In this document: positions 49,348-56,391 of the stretch, one piece after another
How positions within the stretch are numbered: position 1 is the stretch's first letter
How the letters are laid out: each line of letters opens with the position of its first letter
Origin: an uncultured virus (IMG/VR IMGVR_UViG_3300032116_000047)
Taxonomy: Duplodnaviria > Heunggongvirae > Uroviricota > Caudoviricetes
IMG/VR virus record: IMGVR_UViG_3300032116_000047
Length of the DNA: 56,391 nucleotides
Strand: one strand, 5' to 3'
Translations under genes and position numbers: made by a program
Notes under the pieces: generated by a model
The model's database searches: none
What the model was told of the DNA's origin: nothing
Seen by the model: only the letters and a program-made list of their open reading frames with translations

Positions 49348-49737
49348 TCAGAATAATTTTCTAAATAAACTATTCAATTTAGCTTCTCTTATTTCACTTT
49401 TATCTAATTGTAATTCAGAAAATTCAAAATAGACTATAAGTGTCATACAAGGTATCAAATATAAACAAAAACTAAATAAGTCACCAAAAAATATTGAAAA
49501 AACTATATTAAAACCAAAAATCTTTTCTGTAAAATATATTATTGTAAGATTTATTACAATACATATCATAGATACTAAAAACATCTGTTGTTTATCTCTA
49601 CTGGTAAAGTCATCATGATAAATAAAAAGAAATGGAAAAAAAGGCACAAACGAGCCAATAAAAGATAGCATAGTAGAAGATCTTAAAATCTCTAACCAAC
49701 TATTTCTTAAAACTTTTCTTAATTTATAAAAAAACAT
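49348..49737 (-). CDS. membrane protein with C-terminal RxxKL tag
   Basis: About three hydrophobic segments; ends IREAKLNSLFRKLF. Confidence 0.7.
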   Translation of the reverse strand: MFFYKLRKVLRNSWLEILRSSTMLSFIGSFVPFFPFLFIYHDDFTSRDKQQMFLVSMICIVINLTIIYFTEKIFGFNIVFSIFFGDLFSFCLYLIPCMTLIVYFEFSELQLDKSEIREAKLNSLFRKLF

Positions 49738-50078
49738 TATTGTAAAATATCTTTAATTTTTTCATCTCTCATATATTGATTTATCGTATCTGGAAATTTA
49801 TTAAAAGAGCCTTTAATAAAACTCAAAAACAATTCTAACTGAAAGTCATTCTCATCTCCAAATGTTTTAAGACTAAAGTTTCCAAATTTTTTACCAGATT
49901 GCATGTTACTCCACATTCTGATTTCTTGTAGTTGAAAAAGACCTAAGTTATCATCTATATTTATATTGAGGTAATTATTTTCTATATCAGTTTTTATACT
50001 GAATAAATTAGGTTTTTCTGACCAAGTCTGTGAAAATCCTAATTCTTTAACTAAATCTATGAAATCTTGTTTTGTCAT
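49737..50078 (-). CDS. hypothetical protein with C-terminal RxxKI tag
   Basis: Ends MRDEKIKDILQ. Confidence 0.7.
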   Translation of the reverse strand: MTKQDFIDLVKELGFSQTWSEKPNLFSIKTDIENNYLNINIDDNLGLFQLQEIRMWSNMQSGKKFGNFSLKTFGDENDFQLELFLSFIKGSFNKFPDTINQYMRDEKIKDILQ

Positions 50079-50644
50079 TTAAATGCAATTTTAAGGTTCC
50101 ATATTATAACAAAAATTATGTGGATTGTTTCAGGAATTGCCAATCCATAAAACAAACCAACTGATAAAATTGGCAAAACTATCATAGAGATTGATATTGA
50201 AATACCTTCTTTCCAATCTTTATAGTGTAGAGTCTTTCTATTTAAATGACTATGTATAAATATAACCAATGGATAAACAAAGAAATAAACCCAAGCCGAG
50301 AAAATATGAACCATGCCCCAATTTAGATTAAAGAATCCAGTTGCAAAGAGTGCTAATGAAACAAAACTAAACATTATGTATGATAACCACTTCAATTTAA
50401 TTCTATTAGATTTCTTAATATAAAAAATTGAATTAATCCAAGTTGAAATAGCAAGTGTGCATATTATTGTATTCCATAGATATCCTAATAATCCAGATTT
50501 GCCCCATATAGAAAGTTGAATGTTACTTAAGTAAAAACCTGTTTTCCACCAGCAAAAAGAAAAAACTGCAAAAAATAAAATAATTGCAATTACAGTCTGA
50601 GACTTACGAATAATATTAACAAGATTTTCCCTCATTAATATCAT
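50075..50644 (-). CDS. multi-pass membrane protein (DUF998-like possible)
   Basis: 5-6 hydrophobic helices, conserved-looking His (MVHIFSA) and PE near the C-terminus. Confidence 0.7.
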   Translation of the reverse strand: MILMRENLVNIIRKSQTVIAIILFFAVFSFCWWKTGFYLSNIQLSIWGKSGLLGYLWNTIICTLAISTWINSIFYIKKSNRIKLKWLSYIMFSFVSLALFATGFFNLNWGMVHIFSAWVYFFVYPLVIFIHSHLNRKTLHYKDWKEGISISISMIVLPILSVGLFYGLAIPETIHIIFVIIWNLKIAFK

Positions 50645-50661
50645 ATATTAAAAGGTAAATA

Positions 50662-51279
50662 TTATTTTGAGAAGGTTTTATTGAAAACTTCACGTATTGC
50701 AAGTTTTCCATTTTCTTTTATTTCGCGAGTTCCAATTCCAGCAAAATTTTGACGGGTAATTTTAGGACATTTACACTCCATATAAAAAAGAGAAGAATAG
50801 GACCAACGAAACCACTTATCTCTAATCTGGTCAAAAACATAGACAGGTCTTTGGTGATTGATAGCCATTTGACATGCATATCCAGTTCCACCATCAACCA
50901 TATCATATTTGCCTTTATTATAATATCCTTTGGGATTTTTTTCACCTTTTTTAACAATATATCCGATAGCAATAACCTCATCGGAGTATTTTACCTGAGA
51001 CCAGTTTCTAGCCAATAAATTCATATATTTGTGAATACCATAACGATTAAGCCATTTATTAGCTTTATTAATCTCTTCAACTCCTTCTTTATAGTCTTCT
51101 TCTGATATTTCAATTTTGTTAACTGATTCATGTTTAGGAGTTTTGTAGGAATAAGCCTTAGTTTTAACACCAAATTCTTGTCCAATAACTTCCCACTCGG
51201 TGTCAGAACCAATAGCTCCACCCGAATGACAGACTATATTATTTAAGTCTAATGGTTTATTATCAAAAATATCAATCAT
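50662..51279 (-). CDS. SLOG-superfamily nucleotide-binding protein
   Basis: HSGGAIGSD, LARN...SD, GGTG..CQMA...PVYVFD, FAGIGTR. Confidence 0.75.
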   Translation of the reverse strand: MIDIFDNKPLDLNNIVCHSGGAIGSDTEWEVIGQEFGVKTKAYSYKTPKHESVNKIEISEEDYKEGVEEINKANKWLNRYGIHKYMNLLARNWSQVKYSDEVIAIGYIVKKGEKNPKGYYNKGKYDMVDGGTGYACQMAINHQRPVYVFDQIRDKWFRWSYSSLFYMECKCPKITRQNFAGIGTREIKENGKLAIREVFNKTFSK

Positions 51280-51532
51280 TTAACAATTCTCTTAGTAAAA
51301 ACTCTCTATTAAGTTCTGTATTTTTTTCAAAAATCATAGAGATTTCTGATACTTTTTCACCTTCAAAATATTGATTTGAAACAGTTATTCTATATTTTGT
51401 ATTTAAGTAGAATGGATTTATATACTTTATAAGTAACATTCGAGCATTATCAATATTAGTAACATTCTCTTCAAATTGATAAGTTTTTAACTTCTTATCT
51501 TTATTCTCTAAATATAAATTAACTTCTGTCAT
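51272..51532 (-). CDS. hypothetical protein with tag-like C-terminus
   Basis: Ends NREFLLRELLND. Confidence 0.65.
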   Translation of the reverse strand: MTEVNLYLENKDKKLKTYQFEENVTNIDNARMLLIKYINPFYLNTKYRITVSNQYFEGEKVSEISMIFEKNTELNREFLLRELLND

Positions 51533-52401
51533 AGTTTAATATCTAATCCTTCTATATTCCAAATCGCCAAATCTCCATCTATTCTAAAATATAAATCTTT
51601 GATATCCAAAGGCTCTTTAAGTATATATTTTTTTAAATATATGAAATATTTATGACCGTTACAACCTGATAAATCTTTATATAAAATACTTCCTAAGTGG
51701 TTATAAAAAGTATTGACTCTAAAATCTTCAATTCTTTCTACGGTAAATATTTTATATTTAAATAAAGAAGTGTCTAATTCTGAAATAATTTTATCGATGT
51801 CTTTAAAGTCATCAAATTGATAAATAACTTCATCTGATTTAGTACAGAGTATTTTTAGATTTGAATATTGAGATATTGATTGAATTAATTCTTCAATTAT
51901 AACTCTTTGAGCTTTTATTTGTTTTTTTGGATTAAGGTTTCCAAAAATATACTGTCTAAATTGTTTTGAATTCCAAAATACAGGATGTATATTAAACTTT
52001 TCTAATAATCCATTATAAGTTTTACCTAATTCGTTTAAGAACGGTGGGTCATATTTCTTTAAAACTACCCAGTTTGCTGAATTTATATCAATTGATAAAT
52101 ACTTTTTACCCTCGGAATACTCAAAGTTTTTATTGATTGGATAATCCGGAATTAAATTATCATCATTCAACTCATTATAGGATCTTGTGGATTTTAAGAA
52201 TTCTATAATTTCATTTGATTTATCAATTTTATATTGATATGGATCTTCTACTTTAGACTCAAAATCTAAATAAATATCTATCATTTCTTTCAAATGTGAC
52301 CATCTGGGTAATTTTGAATATTGTTCGATATAATAATCAAAATGTTCATACTCTGGTACATTCAAATCAAATAATTTAACAAAAGTTCTTATATCTCTCA
52401 T
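51529..52401 (-). CDS. hypothetical protein with polymerase-palm-like motifs
   Basis: YLSIDINSANW and TKSDEVIY resemble palm motifs A and C; unconfirmed. Confidence 0.55.
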   Translation of the reverse strand: MRDIRTFVKLFDLNVPEYEHFDYYIEQYSKLPRWSHLKEMIDIYLDFESKVEDPYQYKIDKSNEIIEFLKSTRSYNELNDDNLIPDYPINKNFEYSEGKKYLSIDINSANWVVLKKYDPPFLNELGKTYNGLLEKFNIHPVFWNSKQFRQYIFGNLNPKKQIKAQRVIIEELIQSISQYSNLKILCTKSDEVIYQFDDFKDIDKIISELDTSLFKYKIFTVERIEDFRVNTFYNHLGSILYKDLSGCNGHKYFIYLKKYILKEPLDIKDLYFRIDGDLAIWNIEGLDIKL

Positions 52402-52769
52402 AAACCTAAATCTTCAATTTTCTTATCTCTTAATTTGGCCAAATCTTCGTCTTTTAAACAAATTGAAAATCCCCATTCTTCTTTGACTAACCAATGGTCA
52501 ATTATATCTGCATCAAATCCATTTTTTGTTGAATAATCCTCTTTTACAAGAGGATACTTTCCGGTATAGATACCAAAGAGCTCTGGGAATATAACAATAG
52601 ATTCAGCAGATGAAATACTTTTCCAACAATTATCAATAACTAAATCATGTATATCATATCTACCCTCAAAAAGAAATTTACCCTTATGATGAAATCTGAT
52701 ATTGACAAAGTACCTTTTAGATACTTTGTCTTTTAATCCTCTTAATTGTATGACTCTTTTATACCCCAT
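52398..52769 (-). CDS. hypothetical protein with C-terminal RxxKI tag
   Basis: Ends LRDKKIEDLGL. Confidence 0.7.
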   Translation of the reverse strand: MGYKRVIQLRGLKDKVSKRYFVNIRFHHKGKFLFEGRYDIHDLVIDNCWKSISSAESIVIFPELFGIYTGKYPLVKEDYSTKNGFDADIIDHWLVKEEWGFSICLKDEDLAKLRDKKIEDLGL

Positions 52770-53098
52770 TATACACCTAAACTATTTAATTTTTCATTTC
52801 TACGATAAGCTTTATAATCTTCTTCTTCTGTGATAAAATATTCTGACATTTCTGATTCAGTGAAATAATACAACTTTATTTTCTCACTATATGGTAAATT
52901 CCACCAATCTTTTTTACCAGAGAACGATCCATAGTATTCGTCTTCAATACAGAAACCATATCCTTTTCTACCACCAACTTCTGGATCAGCATTCCATTCT
53001 AGATTACCTCTTCCTTTGATATCATAATGACTACCAACCTTAATAGTTTTATACTCTTTAATACAAACAACCATTTGACAATCCCATTTATCTCTCAT
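52769..53098 (-). CDS. hypothetical protein with C-terminal RxxKL tag
   Basis: Ends RRNEKLNSLGV. Confidence 0.7.
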   Translation of the reverse strand: MRDKWDCQMVVCIKEYKTIKVGSHYDIKGRGNLEWNADPEVGGRKGYGFCIEDEYYGSFSGKKDWWNLPYSEKIKLYYFTESEMSEYFITEEEDYKAYRRNEKLNSLGV

Positions 53099-53234
53099 AG
53101 AATAACCTTTTAATTTTTATAACTCTATTTTGTATTTTAAAAAATCTGGTCTTTTTCTTTACCAATTCATCGTAAAGATTTCTTCCAACACCACCCATAC
53201 CATAAGAAGAGTTTAATTGTATTTTCATATCCAT
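53088..53234 (-). CDS. 48-aa microprotein: DNA polymerase B motif-B-like peptide plus RxxKI tag
   Basis: Manual translation MDMKIQLNSSYGMGGVGRNLYDELVKKKTRFFKIQNRVIKIKRLFYER; fills the gap and overlaps the start of the next gene. Confidence 0.65.
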   Translation of the reverse strand: MDMKIQLNSSYGMGGVGRNLYDELVKKKTRFFKIQNRVIKIKRLFYER

Positions 53235-53250
53235 TATTTCATTTCTTAAC

Positions 53251-53850
53251 TTATTCATGATGGTCTATTTGATGAACGTCTCTTTTTTCCATAATTCTTG
53301 TGATATCACTTATATTGAATGGTCGATATTCACCAAACATTCTGTAAGCAACATCTACTCCAATATCCATAGAACGACCAAGGTCTGGAATTGAACCATG
53401 AGAATGTCCATATAAATGTATAACTCCTTTGTGACTTCCATTCCAAACACGATGTGAATAATGTGAAAGAAATAGTTCTGCTTTTCCTAATTGCAGATGA
53501 AGAACATCTTGAACAGATGAAAATAGATCTAAAGGATTGAATGAAGTGTCGTGAAATTTAACTTCTTTATCAACAATATGTTGGTCGTGGTTTCCTAAAA
53601 TCAAATGTATATTCTGACAAACAATTGAATCTCTAAATAATTTGATATTATGAATACCTCCAAAACTCCAATCACCTAAGTGATAAAGTATATCATCTTC
53701 TTTTACATAACGGTTGATACCTTCTACCAATGCCTGGTTCATTTCCCAAACACTACCAAAATCTCGGTAGCCTCTTTGCCAACGAGATACATTAGGACCG
53801 GCTATGTTTGTGTGTCCGTAATGAGTGTCTGATGTTATCCAAATATTCAT
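53251..53850 (-). CDS. calcineurin-like metallophosphoesterase
   Basis: SDTHYGH, LGDW, GNHD, SHY, GHSHG motifs. Confidence 0.92.
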   Translation of the reverse strand: MNIWITSDTHYGHTNIAGPNVSRWQRGYRDFGSVWEMNQALVEGINRYVKEDDILYHLGDWSFGGIHNIKLFRDSIVCQNIHLILGNHDQHIVDKEVKFHDTSFNPLDLFSSVQDVLHLQLGKAELFLSHYSHRVWNGSHKGVIHLYGHSHGSIPDLGRSMDIGVDVAYRMFGEYRPFNISDITRIMEKRDVHQIDHHE

Positions 53851-53854
53851 ATTG

Positions 53855-53862
53855 CAAATATA
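53855..53862 (-). promoter_or_regulatory. Bacteroidota-type -7 element TATATTTG
   Basis: TAnnTTTG 4 nt before the ATG heading the long minus-strand accessory operon. Confidence 0.65.
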
Positions 53863-53923
53863 ATAAAATTTTTATAAACTTCAATTATATCAATATATAA
53901 AACATAAAAATTATCTCTTTTTA

Positions 53924-54796
53924 ATGGAAAAACTATCCTCTGAAGTTGGTAAAACTCCACTTCTTAAAATCTCAGACAGAATCTTTGCAAAATTTGAAGG
54001 TCAAAATCCATCAGGCTCAATCAAAGATAGAATGGCATCCTATATAATCAACGATGCTGAAAAAAGAGGACTAATAAAAAAAGGAGATACTATCATAGAG
54101 GCGACTTCAGGAAACTCAGGAATAGCATTTGCTTTTTTAGCTGCAGAAAGAGGGTATAAATGTGTCATAGTAATGCCAAGTAATATGTCTGAAGAAAGAA
54201 AACAAATGTTAAGATACTATGGTGCTGAGTTAATAGAAGTGGAAGATGGAAAATTTGACGACGCTATCAAATTAAGAAACGAATTAGCTTTAGAAAACGG
54301 TTGGTTTAATCCAAATCAATTTCACAATCCATTAAATATTGAAGCACATTATAATGGAACAGGTGTTGAAATTTTACATCAACACAACAATGTAATAGCA
54401 GCATTTGTCGATGGAACTGGAACAGGTGGAACTCTTATGGGAACTTCTCGACTTTTAAAGATGTATCACCCAGATATGAAAGTCGTAGCTGTTGAACCAG
54501 CTGAATCACCAGTAATGTCAGGTGGAGAACCCGGATTACACGGAATTCAAGGAATAGGTGATGGCTCTAAATTCTTAGTTAATTTAGATGAAGTTAATGA
54601 TATCATTGTTATATCAACAGAAGACGCTATTAAAAGGGCAAAAAGACTTGCAAAAGAACAAGGTCTTTTTGTTGGAATATCATCAGGTGCAAATATTTTA
54701 GCCTCTGAAATACTATTAGAAAAATACCCAGAAATGACCGGTAACATCATAACTATTCTTTGTGATAGAGGAGAAAGATACCTTTCTTGTTTCTAA
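53924..54796 (+). CDS. cysK: PLP-dependent cysteine synthase (CysK/CysM family)
   Basis: GKTPL, NPSGSIKDR, EATSGNSG, NQFHNP, GTGTGGT, HGIQGIG, GISSGA, DRGERYLS. Confidence 0.93.
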   Translation: MEKLSSEVGKTPLLKISDRIFAKFEGQNPSGSIKDRMASYIINDAEKRGLIKKGDTIIEATSGNSGIAFAFLAAERGYKCVIVMPSNMSEERKQMLRYYGAELIEVEDGKFDDAIKLRNELALENGWFNPNQFHNPLNIEAHYNGTGVEILHQHNNVIAAFVDGTGTGGTLMGTSRLLKMYHPDMKVVAVEPAESPVMSGGEPGLHGIQGIGDGSKFLVNLDEVNDIIVISTEDAIKRAKRLAKEQGLFVGISSGANILASEILLEKYPEMTGNIITILCDRGERYLSCF

Positions 54797-54827
54797 AAAA
54801 TTGAGTTTTATATTTAATATATAAGTT

Positions 54828-55358
54828 ATGAAATATTTAATGTTATTTGAAAGTTTTGACGATAATAAAGAGGTAGTAGATGCTCTTAAAAAGATTCTTA
54901 GTTGCACTAAAAGTGGTAAAAGTATTACTTCTACACTAAACGGTGGAGCTATTATGGATTTACATGATAAATGTGATGATCCACAGGTTCAAGAATTTTT
55001 AGTTAAAGCTGCAGAAATTGCTGGTGAAGAGTTAGAAGGAACTAAAGTTAATCTAAAAGACTTTTTTGATATTAATGAATTAGAAGGCTTAATCAGAATT
55101 TTAGAAGCTAATCCAGAAAAAGATGAAGAAGGCATGAAAGTTGAAAGATTTTCAACATTTATCTCAGAATCACATAATAAGAGAGTATCTGTTTCAGAAG
55201 ATGAAATGAATTTATTTTCAAGTGAATCAGCTCTTCAAAAACTCATCACAGATAATAAAATTACTCTTAAAAATGGAGAAGTTCTTTTTGATGAGAACGA
55301 TATGCAAACTAAAGAGATATTAGACCAGTATTTGGAAATACCAGGTAAAGTTGAATAA
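54828..55358 (+). CDS. hypothetical protein with N-terminal and internal CTS-like motifs
   Basis: MKYLMLFESF; internal MKVERFSTFISES; TAATATATA at 54815-54823. Confidence 0.75.
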   Translation: MKYLMLFESFDDNKEVVDALKKILSCTKSGKSITSTLNGGAIMDLHDKCDDPQVQEFLVKAAEIAGEELEGTKVNLKDFFDINELEGLIRILEANPEKDEEGMKVERFSTFISESHNKRVSVSEDEMNLFSSESALQKLITDNKITLKNGEVLFDENDMQTKEILDQYLEIPGKVE

Positions 55359-56039
55359 TTATTTTTTTATAAAATTCTTTAAATTTTCATATAATATTCT
55401 GTAAATATCATCAATTTGATCATATCGAATTCTTATTAGATTGATGTAATTATCTTCACAATAATCCTCTTTTAATTCATCTAAGATTTTTACAAGATTA
55501 TGATCTTTACCTAAATATTCGATTACCGTTCTTTTATTTGATATATAAAATTGAAATATAATATTGTCTAAATTTTTATTTTCTTCATAGTCAATTTTAT
55601 ATTTACTTAAGAATTCTTTTATTTCTTTTATACCCATAATATCTGATTGATAAACCTTATCTCTTAGCAAACTTTCTTCATTATTTCTAAATTCAGGAGA
55701 TAATCCTAATAAGTGAGAGCTAGCTCTTTGCTCATAAATAATACCATTATAAATAATTTTAATATTATTTAAAGCACCAGTATATTCAGTAAGCGAATAA
55801 TCATACTTATCTCCCCAAATTTGTTTTGACTCCATAATAAATCCTTCAGTAGTTTTCCTTTTTATACTTTTTTCAGGACATCTACCCATTAAATGCTTAG
55901 AAATTTTCTGTGTATACACATCACCTTTATATTCAATTTCAATTTTATCATTTAAAGTAACTCTTTCTGATAAATTTAAATAAATGTATTTATATCCGTG
56001 TATATTTCTAGCTTTTTCTAAAAATTCCAATCTTCTCAT
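55359..56039 (-). CDS. homing-endonuclease-like protein (KYDYS repeats plus Vsr/PD-(D/E)xK-like domain), probably catalytically degenerate
   Basis: FLEKARNIHGYKY / FIMESKQIWGDKYDYS repeats; FQFY...IEYLG...LIRIRY where DFY...IEYDG is usual. Confidence 0.7.
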   Translation of the reverse strand: MRRLEFLEKARNIHGYKYIYLNLSERVTLNDKIEIEYKGDVYTQKISKHLMGRCPEKSIKRKTTEGFIMESKQIWGDKYDYSLTEYTGALNNIKIIYNGIIYEQRASSHLLGLSPEFRNNEESLLRDKVYQSDIMGIKEIKEFLSKYKIDYEENKNLDNIIFQFYISNKRTVIEYLGKDHNLVKILDELKEDYCEDNYINLIRIRYDQIDDIYRILYENLKNFIKK

Positions 56040-56146
56040 ATACTATATATAAAAAATCCTTACCCTATTTCAACATTTTTTTAATTTTTCTTGAAAGGAG
56101 GAGTGAGTTTTCTAATATATAAACTATAAAATAAAAATTAATTAAA

Positions 56147-56391
56147 ATGGCAAAACAATCAGCAAAAGAAGGAAAGAAGTTCGAGTTTTCTAAGATTGGT
56201 TCAATTTTGGATAACATCGCAAAATCAGTTCCGATTCAAATTGAAAAGGAAATTAAAGAAAAACAATTCATTACAACTGGAGTTTATTTGTTAGACGCGG
56301 CTCTTTCAGGTAAACTAATCGGTGGAGGTATAGCTTCAAACAGAATTACAGCATTCGCTGGTGAATCTGGTGCTGGTAAATCATTCTTAGC
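56147..56391 (+). CDS. UvsX/RecA-like recombinase, N-terminal part (runs off window)
   Basis: Manual translation ...FITTGVYLLDAALSGKLIGGGIASNRITAFAGESGAGKSFL; TAATATATA at 56113-56121. Confidence 0.92.
   Translation, partial: MAKQSAKEGKKFEFSKIGSILDNIAKSVPIQIEKEIKEKQFITTGVYLLDAALSGKLIGGGIASNRITAFAGESGAGKSFL

Noticed and set aside
1..56391. Stop-codon reassignment as in some large Bacteroidota phages
   Set aside because: Genes are full-length and densely packed in the standard code, and TAG and TGA both appear as real stops.
1..56391. Eukaryotic giant virus origin (TATA-like motifs, collagen-like genes, HNH type)
   Set aside because: UvsX-, gp46-, gp23- and sheath-like sequences, overlapping operons, intrinsic terminators and Bacteroidota promoters indicate a bacteriophage.

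Overview
AT-rich, gene-dense segment of a large T4-like/jumbo tailed phage genome in the standard genetic code. The window is bounded by a truncated SbcC/gp46-type ATPase (left) and a truncated UvsX/RecA-type recombinase (right). TAnnTTTG promoter boxes and A-rich, Shine-Dalgarno-free leaders point to a Bacteroidota host. About 5.8-33.8 kb is a minus-strand virion/fibre cluster: a 2104-aa coiled-coil fibre, Gly-Thr-Ser collagen-like fibres, a duplicated adaptor gene pair and large structural proteins, with a probable DUF2827-like glycosyltransferase beside it. The rest is accessory genes (PhoH, M28-like peptidase, thioesterase-like hydrolase, NUDIX, minimal ligase, HNH, nucleotidyltransferase, HAD, SLOG, metallophosphoesterase, cysteine synthase) and an atypical tRNA-Cys. 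Two short peptide tags recur across unrelated proteins: an N-terminal MKY(L/I)Kx(F/Y)ExF motif resembling the T4 capsid-targeting sequence, and a mostly C-terminal R-x-x-K-(I/L)-x-x-(I/L) motif in about 12 small proteins. The most striking observation is that three carriers of the second tag appear to be built from a signature fragment of an essential phage protein: major capsid, tail-sheath N-terminus, and DNA polymerase B motif B. Two of these three are absent from the ORF track. They suggest an undescribed mimic/decoy or interference system. All family assignments are by eye from motifs; no searches were run.
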